DNA of 36,202 nucleotides from a virus. Lineage: Duplodnaviria; Caudoviricetes. The translations under genes and the position numbers were made by a program. Below are positions 24,967 through 34,051 of this stretch, piece by piece; the first letter of the stretch is position 1, and each line of letters starts with the position of its first letter. The stretch spans positions 1-36,202 of IMG/VR virus record IMGVR_UViG_3300046050_000095; one strand, 5' to 3'. The notes below the pieces were generated by a model that saw nothing but the letters and a program-made list of their open reading frames with translations, did no database searches and was not told the DNA's origin.

Positions 24967-25410
24967 ATGGAGCTGTCACAAGTGGTCGACCGGGACGCGC
25001 TGCAAGAGGCCGCCCTCGCGCTGGCGAAGGAAGACGACGTGCTGGCGGGCCTGCAGCTGGAGGTCTTTCCCGAGGACGCGGAAGACTACGTCGAGAACCA
25101 CTTCAAGAGCAAAAAAGGCGCGGTCGTCTCCAGCTACGCCGGCAGCCGGAAGACGAAGGGGGGCGAGCACCTTTCCGAAAAAGAGTTCGTGCTGGACTGG
25201 CAGGTCCTCTCGCGCTACCGCACCGGGGAGCGCGGGGCGCTGCGGTACATCCGCCACGTCGAGGCGGCGCTCGAAGGGGCGCGGCTGAAGATTGAGGGCG
25301 ACGGCGGCGCGCTCTGGGGCTTCGACGTGAGCGTGTCGAGCGACCAGTTTACGGGCGAGCACAAGGGCGTGTGGATGTACACCGTGAAGGTGCGCTGCCA
25401 GAAGGTCTGA
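24967..25410 (+). CDS. Tail completion/terminator protein (Gp37-like)
   Basis: LEVFPE...Y...H.KGAVVSSYAGS...GVWMY; position before the tail genes. Confidence 0.7.
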   Translation: MELSQVVDRDALQEAALALAKEDDVLAGLQLEVFPEDAEDYVENHFKSKKGAVVSSYAGSRKTKGGEHLSEKEFVLDWQVLSRYRTGERGALRYIRHVEAALEGARLKIEGDGGALWGFDVSVSSDQFTGEHKGVWMYTVKVRCQKV

Positions 25411-25461
25411 CTCCCCTCCACTTACACGCGACTTTTCCTGCGTTACGACTCCGCTTTTTCG

Positions 25462-25737
25462 ATGGCTACCACGCTCGAAGGCGCTCCCAGCTACACGATC
25501 ACCGTGCCCGACGTGGGCCGCGTCACCTACCGCCGGGGCGAAGAGCTGCCGGCGGGGCACATCGCGCACGTGCCCGACGACGACCGGGGCCTCTTCGACA
25601 TCTCCGGCGGCCCCAGTCCGAAGACGGACGCCGACTCGAAGAAGACGCCCTCGAAGAAGTCGTCCTCGAAATCATCCTCTTCGACGAGCAAGAGCAACTC
25701 GAAAAGTAGCAGCTCGAAGAAGGGCGACGCCGACTGA
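25462..25737 (+). CDS. Small hypothetical protein with Ser/Lys-rich tail
   Basis: 91 aa; typical leader; SKKTPSKKSSSKSSSSTSKS low-complexity end. Confidence 0.7.
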   Translation: MATTLEGAPSYTITVPDVGRVTYRRGEELPAGHIAHVPDDDRGLFDISGGPSPKTDADSKKTPSKKSSSKSSSSTSKSNSKSSSSKKGDAD

Positions 25738-25835
25738 ATCCCGTTCGACGCCGCGGCCCTGACCATCCCACTTTAGCGCCGCTGTAAGGCGGCTTTTACA
25801 CTCGCTTTTTCTCTCCCCTAAAGCCCCTTCCTGCG

Positions 25836-26435
25836 ATGCCTACAGTAGACAAGCGCAACACCGTCGAGCACCTCCACACCGGCGGCTCCGACGTCGGCCT
25901 TGCCGTGAAGCTGACCGCGGAGGAAGCCGCCCAGATTTACGGAGACTCGGCCTCGACCGGGTGGTACGTCTTCGGCACCTTCGAGGGCGGGACCATCGCC
26001 TACGAGGTCGACTCCGAAGAGGACAAGGACGAGGCCGGCCAGATGACGGGCAAGACGATCGTCTCCAGCAGGGAGTTTATGCTCTCGAACACGATCAAGG
26101 AGTCCGACGACGCCACGCAGGACCTCATCGACGACATCCTCGTCAAGTCGTTTCACGACTACCGTTACGCCCTCCCGGTCGGCATGAAGGAGGTGGATGA
26201 CGGGTCGGGGGGGACGACCACGAAAAAGGCGCATCAAGTCTACGGCGTGCACAATGGCAAAATCGCGCCCGGCTTCGAGATCAGCACCTCCGAAGGGGAA
26301 AAGCGGAGCCGCGAAATCGAGCTGCGCTCGACGAAGCAAGGCGACACGCCGGCGTTCGTCCGCAAGACCGTCGACCTTGATGACCAGACGACGTGGCCGA
26401 CGGCGTTGGACCCGTTCAAGGACGGGTCGCCCTGA
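25836..26435 (+). CDS. Probable tail tube (major tail) protein
   Basis: 199-aa acidic beta-rich protein directly upstream of the chaperone and tape measure; assigned by synteny. Confidence 0.7.
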   Translation: MPTVDKRNTVEHLHTGGSDVGLAVKLTAEEAAQIYGDSASTGWYVFGTFEGGTIAYEVDSEEDKDEAGQMTGKTIVSSREFMLSNTIKESDDATQDLIDDILVKSFHDYRYALPVGMKEVDDGSGGTTTKKAHQVYGVHNGKIAPGFEISTSEGEKRSREIELRSTKQGDTPAFVRKTVDLDDQTTWPTALDPFKDGSP

Positions 26436-26478
26436 CGTGCGGCGCTGACCTGCTGGGCTTCTCGCATGACCATTCGCA

Positions 26479-26928
26479 ATGAGCGAGGACGCAACCGTTC
26501 CTGCCGAACCGGCCGAGGCCACGCTCGGGCGTGTGTCGCGCTTCGTGGAGCTGCTCGTCGACGTCGGCCTCGCCGACGCGTTCGACGAGGCGCGCCAGCG
26601 CGCCCTCCAGTCCGAGGCGCAGCCCGCCGACGACGAGGAGACTGAAGGCAAGCAGCCCTCTACGATCACCGAGCAGGCCGCTGCTGGGGGCGAGGGCGAG
26701 GAGGTCGCCTCGGAGGACCTGACCGTGCGGCTGGACATGGGGCGCTTCCTTCGGGCCATCGGCAAGGAGGGGCAGCTCGCGCGGCTTGGGGCCATCCTCT
26801 TCGACGTGGCGGAGGAGGAGGCGGAGAAGATTTCCTTCGACGATCTTGAGGACGCTTTTTTTTTGTACTCGGTCAGGTGCGAGCAGCTCACCGAGATGCT
26901 CGCCGGCTCCGCCGTCGCATTGGGGTGA
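26479..26928 (+). CDS. Tail assembly chaperone (G-like)
   Basis: Between tube and tape measure; AFFL encoded over a 9-T run. Confidence 0.8.
   Translation: MSEDATVPAEPAEATLGRVSRFVELLVDVGLADAFDEARQRALQSEAQPADDEETEGKQPSTITEQAAAGGEGEEVASEDLTVRLDMGRFLRAIGKEGQLARLGAILFDVAEEEAEKISFDDLEDAFFLYSVRCEQLTEMLAGSAVALG
26856..26864 (+). other. -1 programmed frameshift slippery site (T TTT TTT)
   Basis: Correctly phased X XXY YYZ heptamer; the -1 frame is open to 27146. Confidence 0.8.
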
Positions 26929-27146
26929 CGCGGCAGCCGGAGGAGGAGGGTACGGGCAGCGACTCTGGGGTGCGGCGTGACCTCGGGGAGCTGGCGCTCT
27001 TCTTGGCGGAGGGAGACGTGACCGCCTCGGCGCAGGAGGCGATGCAGACGCCCTACCGCGAGGCCCTGGAGATGACCGCGCGCCTCTCGAAGCGCAACGC
27101 CGACAAAAAACGCGAGATGGAGCGGCGCATGAACAACCGCCGCTGA
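26859..27146 (+). CDS. T portion of the G-T frameshift chaperone
   Basis: -1 frame relative to 26479; ends 36 nt before the tape-measure start. Confidence 0.75.
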   Translation, partial: FFVLGQVRAAHRDARRLRRRIGVTRQPEEEGTGSDSGVRRDLGELALFLAEGDVTASAQEAMQTPYREALEMTARLSKRNADKKREMERRMNNRR

Positions 27147-27182
27147 CGAATTCGTTCTCACCCTCTTTCCCCCCACCGCACC

Positions 27183-30100
27183 GTGGCTGAGAACTTGCAG
27201 TCCAGCTTCGACATTCAGGTCGGGTTCCAGACCGGGCAGGCGGCGAAGTCGCTGTTCCGCGATCTCGAGCGGGAGGAGAAGCGCTACCAGAAGCGCACCG
27301 AGCAGCGGGAGAAGCGCCAGCTTTCGCGCTCGGAGCGGCGGCAGCTGAAGGTCAAGAAGGAGATCGAGAAGCGCCGCCGCAAGCTGGCGGTCGATTCGGT
27401 CCAGGACGAGACGAAGCGCCGAGTCAAGCAGATCAACAAGCGGTACGAGCTGGAGCGCAAGCACATCAAGCAGCTCCTGAAGGCGCGCCGCCGCGCCAAC
27501 GAGATCACCGTGCAGGAGTACCGCGACCAGCTCGACACCCTCGACCGGCGCCTGCGGTCTATGCGCGACCGCAAAGTCGCCGACGCGCGGGGGCAAGGCG
27601 TCGCCGGGCAGGCGGGCGTCGCTGCGGCGGGGGCCGCCGGCGCGCGGGGCGGGGGGCTGCTCAGTCGGTTTTCTGGGGTCTTGGATGACGTCGGGTTGGC
27701 TGGCGCAACCGCCGCCTCCGGCGGGATTGCCGCAGCCGGCATCGCGGCGTACAAGGCCGGCCAGCAGATGCTGAAGGCGGGGAGGCAGGCCATCACGTTC
27801 GAAGAGCAGCTCGCTGCCGTTCAGAAGACGACCGGGCTGGCCGACGAGGAGCTGTCCCGCCTCGGCGACGAGTTGCTCGCGATCTCCTCGCGGACGGGCG
27901 TGGCCGCGGGCCAGCTGGCCACGATGGCCGAGACGGCGGGGCAGGCCGGCGTGGAGGGCGTCGACCGCATTGCGGCGCTGAGCGAGACGGTCGCGAAGCT
28001 GACCTCCGTCTCCGATATGAGCGCGCAGGAGTCGTCGGAGGCCATTGCCAAGATCAGCGAAGCCTTCGAGGTGCCGATCACGAAGGCCGAGGCGCTCGGG
28101 TCGGTCATCAACGAGTTGAGTAACACGACCGCCTCGAAGAGCGGCGACATCGTGCAGGGGTTGCGCCGGGTGGGGACGGCCGCCTCGCGCCTCGGCGTGA
28201 CGACCTCGGAGGTGGCGGCCATGCAAGCCACGCTCGTCGAGAGCGGCATCAAGGCGGAGACGGCGGGTACCACGCTTCGCAACGTCTTCGGGCGCCTGGA
28301 GACGCGCGCGAAGAAGCTGGCGGAGGTCACCGACCTGACAGGGCAGGAGTTCTCGGAGCTCGTGCAGGAGGACGCGCTCGAAGCGCTGCGCACGTACTTG
28401 GCGGCCCTAAACGAGGTGCCGAGTCAGCTGGCGGCGATCAACGTCAAGGACGTCTTCGGCGACCAGAACCGGCTCTCAGTCCTGTCGATGGCCGAGAGCA
28501 TCGACCGATTGAACGAAAACATGGACGTCTCGCAGACGGCGTTCGCTGAAAGCATGTCGCTGCAGAACGAGTACGCCGCCTCGCTCGACTCGGTGAAGAA
28601 GCAGTTCAACCTTTTGACGGCGAAGGTGGCCGCGCTGGGCACGAAGCTCAGTCAGACCTTCCTGCCGGCGCTCGAATCGACGCTTCGCGGCCTCAACGCG
28701 CTCTCCGGATCGGTGGAGGAGACGGCCGGCGAGGTCGAGAGCCTGCGAGGGGAGATGCAGACGCTCGACGAGACGGACCAGCTCCTGGATCGGTACAACC
28801 AGCTGGTCGAGGACGGCAAGACGGAGACGGACGAGTTTCGGAAGGTCGTCGACACGCTAAATGACAAAATGCCCGGCTACATCGCCCAGTACGACGATGC
28901 GGGTAACGCGGTGAAGCTCTACGCCGGGCAGATGCGCAAGGCGCTCGATGCGCAGCGCAAGCTGAAGCGTGTCCAGTTGGACGAGCAGCTCGCCGAGATG
29001 GGCGCGGCGTTTACGGATGCGACCGAGGACATTGCGGAAAGCGAAGATGCGGTCGACACGGCCGAGTCGCGTTTGAATGACCTGACCGAAAAGATCGAGC
29101 AGGCCCGCCGCGCCGCGCGCGAGGCCGAAGCGAAGGGCAACGATACGCAGGCGGAGGCCATCCGCAGGACGATTCCCGGACTGAAGCAACGGCGTAAGGA
29201 GGAGCAGGCCGAGCGTCGCGAGCGTCTGCGTGAGGAGCGCGAGGAGCTGGAAAAGCTTCAGGAGCCGCTCAACGCGGCGGTGGACAGTATCGCTGAGCTG
29301 TACGGCCTCTACGACCGCGGCTCGGACCTCGATGCGCTGCGCGAGGCGCTGGGGCCGCAGATGCGCGAGGAACTGGACCTGACATCCGATCAGTTCGACC
29401 GTCTCTTTCGCCGCGTGGCCGCGCGCCGCCAAGAGATACTCGCCGCCCGGCCGGAGACGCCCGACGAAAAAAAGCCCGGTCCCAATGGCGATCCCAATGG
29501 CGATCCCACCCCGGACGATCCCGACCTGGAGGCCGGGCGCAAGGAGCTGGCGAAGCTCCGCGGGCGCGTGCGGAGAGAACAGTCCAAGCAGGAGGGGCTA
29601 CCCTACCAGAAGGAACTGGACGCGCTCGCGGCGCTCGGCGAGCGTTACCCGCAGCTTGCCGAAGAGATCGGCCAGGTCGCGCAGCAGTATCACGCGCTGG
29701 CCGCGGCCGCGCGCGAGAAGGAGCAGGCCGAGCAAAAGGCGAAGGCCGACGAGCAGGTCGCCGACGCCGAGAAGGAGACGGCCGAGCAAGAGCGCCGCAT
29801 CGAGGGGCTGCGCGAAGAGGCGCGCGTGCGCCGCGAGTTGGCCGGCATCGAGGACCCGCTGGAGCGCCGCCGCCGCGAGGCGCAGCGCACGTACGAGCAG
29901 CAGGTCGAAGCCGCCCGCGAGGCCTATGAGCGCGAGAAACGCCTCATCGAGAAGCAGGTCGACAACGAGCGCGTGAAGGCCGCGCGCATCGAGGCGATCA
30001 AGAAGGAGCGTGACGCGGAACTCCTCGCCGCCGAGCAGGAGCGCGTCCAGGCGATGGATGACATCCGCGAGGAGGCCACCGACCGGCAGCAGGAGCGCCT

Positions 30101-31280
30101 CGACCGTCTGGTGGACCACGCGACGCGCCTGACCGACGCGCTCGTCGACAACGCGTTTGCGGCGTTCGAGCAGAAGCAGGCGCTTTCGGATGCCGAAGTC
30201 GAGCTGCGCCGGATGCAATTCGAGGAGGAGAAGAAGGCCCTCCGGGAGAGCCTGCAAGAGCAAGAGATCAGCCGGCGGGAGTACGACCTGCGCATGAAGA
30301 AGCTCAGCAGCGACCGCGCGGAGTTCGAGAAAGAGGTCGAGCGCGGCCGCGCCTCCTTCCTCAAAAAGAGCGCGAAGAGCGTGCGCGACGTGGCCATCGG
30401 CGCGGCCAAAGATGAGGCCAAACGGATCATTGCCGAGAAGCTGGCGGAGCTTTCGATCTTCGAGGCCTCCGAAGCCACGAAAACGGCGACACAGACGGCC
30501 GGAGCGGCGACACGCGCCGGCGCAGAGGTGTCAGCTGCGGCGACGGCCACGTCGGCGAAGGCGAGCGAGACGGCGGCGCACACGAGCGCGGAGGGGACGA
30601 AGACCGCGTCGACGCTATCGGGGGTCGCCGCGCGCGTAGCGGCGCTGGGCAGCGAAATCGGCACGACGCTGGCCAGTGCCGGGGCGTCGATCATTAGCGC
30701 GGTCGCCAAGGCCATCGAGTGGCTGGCCTCGGTGGTAGGTCCGTTTGCGCTGGCGGCCATTCCGGCGGTGGCCGCCGGGGCGTACGCGGCGTTTCAAGGA
30801 GCAAAATCCCTGTTCGGGTTCCAGTCGGGCGGCTACACGGGGAGTGGAGCGGAGGACGAGCCGGCCGGGGTGGTGCATGGAGGTGAGATGGTGATGGAAG
30901 CGCCCATCGTGGAGGGCCAAGAGCGCGAGTGGATGACGATGCGCGGGATGGCACAGCAGGGCGTGCCGGTGAGCCACTTCCTCGAAGCGGGCGGAGCCCC
31001 GGGGTACGCCGGCGGCGGCGTCGTTTCTCTGCGGGAAGTAGGGACCGTGGTGCGCAAGCCGAGCCCTCGCGCGGGCGGGGAAAGGAAGAGGGAACAGCAG
31101 GCCGGCGCCAGCGCGGAGGACGTGGGCCGCTTGGCACGCTCGGTGGAGCGCCTGGCCGAGGACGTCGCCGAGGCGAAGCGCGAGCCGACGCCGGCGGTCA
31201 TCGGCAACGAGGCCGCGCGCCAGGCCGAGCGTGCAGCTGCGCAAGAGCGCTGGAGAGAAAATGCAGGGGCACCGCGATGA
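27183..31280 (+). CDS. Tape measure protein
   Basis: 1365 aa; TP901-type core (FEEQLAAVQKTT...AGTTLRNVF..L), long coiled coils, GFQSGGYTG...AGVVHGGE near the end. Confidence 0.95.
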   Translation: MAENLQSSFDIQVGFQTGQAAKSLFRDLEREEKRYQKRTEQREKRQLSRSERRQLKVKKEIEKRRRKLAVDSVQDETKRRVKQINKRYELERKHIKQLLKARRRANEITVQEYRDQLDTLDRRLRSMRDRKVADARGQGVAGQAGVAAAGAAGARGGGLLSRFSGVLDDVGLAGATAASGGIAAAGIAAYKAGQQMLKAGRQAITFEEQLAAVQKTTGLADEELSRLGDELLAISSRTGVAAGQLATMAETAGQAGVEGVDRIAALSETVAKLTSVSDMSAQESSEAIAKISEAFEVPITKAEALGSVINELSNTTASKSGDIVQGLRRVGTAASRLGVTTSEVAAMQATLVESGIKAETAGTTLRNVFGRLETRAKKLAEVTDLTGQEFSELVQEDALEALRTYLAALNEVPSQLAAINVKDVFGDQNRLSVLSMAESIDRLNENMDVSQTAFAESMSLQNEYAASLDSVKKQFNLLTAKVAALGTKLSQTFLPALESTLRGLNALSGSVEETAGEVESLRGEMQTLDETDQLLDRYNQLVEDGKTETDEFRKVVDTLNDKMPGYIAQYDDAGNAVKLYAGQMRKALDAQRKLKRVQLDEQLAEMGAAFTDATEDIAESEDAVDTAESRLNDLTEKIEQARRAAREAEAKGNDTQAEAIRRTIPGLKQRRKEEQAERRERLREEREELEKLQEPLNAAVDSIAELYGLYDRGSDLDALREALGPQMREELDLTSDQFDRLFRRVAARRQEILAARPETPDEKKPGPNGDPNGDPTPDDPDLEAGRKELAKLRGRVRREQSKQEGLPYQKELDALAALGERYPQLAEEIGQVAQQYHALAAAAREKEQAEQKAKADEQVADAEKETAEQERRIEGLREEARVRRELAGIEDPLERRRREAQRTYEQQVEAAREAYEREKRLIEKQVDNERVKAARIEAIKKERDAELLAAEQERVQAMDDIREEATDRQQERLDRLVDHATRLTDALVDNAFAAFEQKQALSDAEVELRRMQFEEEKKALRESLQEQEISRREYDLRMKKLSSDRAEFEKEVERGRASFLKKSAKSVRDVAIGAAKDEAKRIIAEKLAELSIFEASEATKTATQTAGAATRAGAEVSAAATATSAKASETAAHTSAEGTKTASTLSGVAARVAALGSEIGTTLASAGASIISAVAKAIEWLASVVGPFALAAIPAVAAGAYAAFQGAKSLFGFQSGGYTGSGAEDEPAGVVHGGEMVMEAPIVEGQEREWMTMRGMAQQGVPVSHFLEAGGAPGYAGGGVVSLREVGTVVRKPSPRAGGERKREQQAGASAEDVGRLARSVERLAEDVAEAKREPTPAVIGNEAARQAERAAAQERWRENAGAPR

Positions 31281-33118
31281 CTGAAGCGTCGCTACAAATC
31301 GAAGACCCGTCCGCCCCCGGCGAGCTGCTGACCTATGACTCGGCGCTCTTTGCTGATGAGAAGATGCGCAAGAAGAGCCGCATCGAGGACGGGGAGCTCA
31401 AGAAGGGCAAGGTGGACGTGCACGTGCGCTCCACCTCCATGCTCGGCGTGGAGGTGGGGCAAGACGCGGCGGTGCGTGAACAGCTGCCGGGGGGGTGGCA
31501 CCGCTGCCGCCTCGTGGCCGACGGACGCGAAATCCTCAACGGCAGCGTACACGGGCTTTACGGGATTTCCACCGGCGCAGGCGCGGGCGGGGCCTACACG
31601 TGGTCGCTGCGGCTCGAAGATCAGGCGCTCGAAGACCTCCTTCGGAGGCTGGAGAATACGCGCATGGACGCCTCTGTCATTAACGAGGCGATTCAGTCGA
31701 GCGACTACATCAGTATGTCCACGCACTTGGGGGAGGGGACCAGTGCCGAGCGCCGGCCGTGGACGCGCCCGGCGGCGCTCTGGAATCGCTTGATCGAGGG
31801 ACTGGCCGGCGTCACGCAGCCCGAACCGCTGGACGGGCTTTTCCCGCTGACCGTGCGCGCGAAAGACCCCTCCAGCGGTGACCGCATCGAGCACACCTAC
31901 TCGACCGACGTGGTACTCTTGGATTCCACACGGCCCTCTGCGACGACGCTGCCGTCTCTCACTGGAAGAGATTATTTCGACGTGCTCCGTGCCGCGCAGG
32001 GCGCGCGGCTCTTTGCAGGCTACACCGGCTTCCCGGAAGACGCCATCGACGTGACGCTACGCACCGGCGGGTGGAGCGACGAGGGCGGCCTCCAAGAGCT
32101 TACGCCCGACTCTGACGGGTACGACTGGACCACCCGGAAGGCCGAGCAAGACGGCTATGCGCTCCGCTACGAGAACGAACCACCGCAGCACAAAGAGTAC
32201 GTCGGTCAGTTCGATGAGGACTTTTCGGCCACCGATGCGTTGCCCACCGCACCGGCGCTTTATGCTGAGGTCGGCGGCGGGTGGCATTTCTCGGCGGACG
32301 GTAAATCGGAAGAACGTTCTGCGGAAACGATCGGTCTTACGCTGCCGGGTATCCCCGACGCCGCGTTTAACACCAAGACCTATCCTGATGGCTACCAGGA
32401 GGCGGTCATGATGGGCAAGCCGCGCGTGACGCCCGCCTCGGACGGCGGGGCAGCGGGGCAGGACGGCGGGACGGTCTACATCGCGGCGGTTGCGCAGAAC
32501 GACTCCGACAACTACCGCGCGGTCGAGTGGCGCGAGGTGCTGTTCCCCGCAGCAGGGCAACCCGATCACGTGAGCGAGCTCTGGCCAGCGTCCCTGATGG
32601 CGCGTCAGGAGCTGAAGGCCGTGCCGATGCGCCAGCTAAAGGGTACCTTTCGTGAGCCGGACACGCCGCTCGCGCCGGGGGGCTTTTCGGAGGGCGCGTC
32701 GCTGGAAGGGCTGCCGTACCTCGTCGAAGAGCTTTCGGCGGATGTGCGCGCGCACACCATCGACGCAACGCTCATTCGCCCGGCACGTCGACTGTCGGAC
32801 CCCGCCCTGCCCCCGACCGGGCCACCGGCATCGCTGAACACGAACCACGGGTATTACCAGACTGGATCGGAGGCCACCTCAGACGTGAGTTGGATCAGCT
32901 GGGGGGACCCGGTGGGCGCGGCTCCGCCGGATGCCTACCAAATCCAGCAGCGCAACATCAACCAAGACAGCGGCGGGGAGTGGACCGATTGGGCCGATCA
33001 TCCAGAAGGTCGCATCAACATGTTCGGTATGAGCCGCCTCCAATGGCGCATCCGCAGCATCTACCACTGGGCGCCTGACTCCGACTGGGTGTACACCGAA
33101 GAAATCGAGCGACAGTAA
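31277..33118 (+). CDS. Tail tip/hub-like structural protein with possible C-terminal FN3-like domain
   Basis: ATGA-coupled to the tape measure; PPASL...ISW..P...Y.I....W.......WRIRS...SDW at the C-terminus. Confidence 0.65.
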   Translation: MTEASLQIEDPSAPGELLTYDSALFADEKMRKKSRIEDGELKKGKVDVHVRSTSMLGVEVGQDAAVREQLPGGWHRCRLVADGREILNGSVHGLYGISTGAGAGGAYTWSLRLEDQALEDLLRRLENTRMDASVINEAIQSSDYISMSTHLGEGTSAERRPWTRPAALWNRLIEGLAGVTQPEPLDGLFPLTVRAKDPSSGDRIEHTYSTDVVLLDSTRPSATTLPSLTGRDYFDVLRAAQGARLFAGYTGFPEDAIDVTLRTGGWSDEGGLQELTPDSDGYDWTTRKAEQDGYALRYENEPPQHKEYVGQFDEDFSATDALPTAPALYAEVGGGWHFSADGKSEERSAETIGLTLPGIPDAAFNTKTYPDGYQEAVMMGKPRVTPASDGGAAGQDGGTVYIAAVAQNDSDNYRAVEWREVLFPAAGQPDHVSELWPASLMARQELKAVPMRQLKGTFREPDTPLAPGGFSEGASLEGLPYLVEELSADVRAHTIDATLIRPARRLSDPALPPTGPPASLNTNHGYYQTGSEATSDVSWISWGDPVGAAPPDAYQIQQRNINQDSGGEWTDWADHPEGRINMFGMSRLQWRIRSIYHWAPDSDWVYTEEIERQ

Positions 33119-33120
33119 GA

Positions 33121-34047
33121 ATGCAGCTGACGGGCCCTCCACGTATCGGGCGCATCCTGATGCCCTTCGCTTCGAAGGAGGGGCCCGTGGAGGTGGCGTG
33201 GCCGGAAGACGGATCGGTGCTTTTCAAAAACCTCACGCAGACCATCGAGGAGGTCGAGACGCACCTGCGCGGCAAGGTTACGATCCGGTGGGCGGCGCTT
33301 GCCCCGGACGTCGCGGCTGCGCTGCTACGCGAACTCCAGCAGCCGCCGGTCACGGTCGTGCCGCGCACGCGGGCCGAGGGCGACCCTGCCTACGTGGATG
33401 AGGTCTTCTTACAGTGCCGTCTGACGAGCGCGCTACCGGCGACGCACGCGCTCTACCGCGACGACATCGACATCGAGACGGAGCTGGAGACGAAGCGGAC
33501 CTTCTCGGCGGTGCCGGGCATCGGCGAGCCGCCGGCGCCAGCCATCGAGCACGGGGAGCACGTGGACTTGCTGGGCGGCGTGCAGGGCACGGGTGAGTCG
33601 CCGACGATGTGGCGCACGTCGCTGCCCTATCCGGGGCGGCTGGTGCGGCTGGAGGCACAGGAGGCGGGCACGGTGACGGCACGGCTCTACGACGCGTCGG
33701 GGGCGCAGCTCGGCTCCGATCTGACGGCTGCGCTTGACGCGGGCGAGGGCGTTTACGTCGAGCTCGCAGACGGCGTGCAGGACTTAGAGGTGGAGACGGG
33801 CGGGGCGAGGCCCATTGCTCGCCTCGACGAAGACTCTTTGGCGGTCGTGGAGCGGGCCCAGGCCGCGGGCAGCATCACGCTGGAGGCGCTCGGGCGCGGC
33901 GTTTGGGAGGAGACGACCTACGAGCACACGACGGTCATGGGCAACACGGTCACGCTCAAGAAAGCGGTGCTGAAGCCCGAGCGCCTCGGGCAGGAGCGCG
34001 TCAAGCCGGCGGGCCACTACGCTTCATTTATCACCATCGACCACTAA
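33121..34047 (+). CDS. Tail structural protein, function uncertain
   Basis: 308-aa ORF packed between the tip gene and the spike gene. Confidence 0.65.
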   Translation: MQLTGPPRIGRILMPFASKEGPVEVAWPEDGSVLFKNLTQTIEEVETHLRGKVTIRWAALAPDVAAALLRELQQPPVTVVPRTRAEGDPAYVDEVFLQCRLTSALPATHALYRDDIDIETELETKRTFSAVPGIGEPPAPAIEHGEHVDLLGGVQGTGESPTMWRTSLPYPGRLVRLEAQEAGTVTARLYDASGAQLGSDLTAALDAGEGVYVELADGVQDLEVETGGARPIARLDEDSLAVVERAQAAGSITLEALGRGVWEETTYEHTTVMGNTVTLKKAVLKPERLGQERVKPAGHYASFITIDH

Positions 34048-34051
34048 GGCT

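Noticed and set aside
25778-25797. GCCGC/GCGGC hairpin plus TTTT as a terminator or third late promoter
   Set aside because: Only a 5-bp stem, directly upstream of the tail tube gene, and it shares just TGTAA and a T-run with the 19-bp motif.
25818-28226. 802-aa antisense ORF across the tail genes
   Set aside because: Mirror of well-supported plus-strand genes; no domain features.
29468-29474. Phased A AAA AAG slippery heptamer inside the tape measure gene
   Set aside because: The -1 frame (open to TGA 29927) reads as a shadow frame and no clear stimulatory element is visible; probably just Glu-Lys-Lys.
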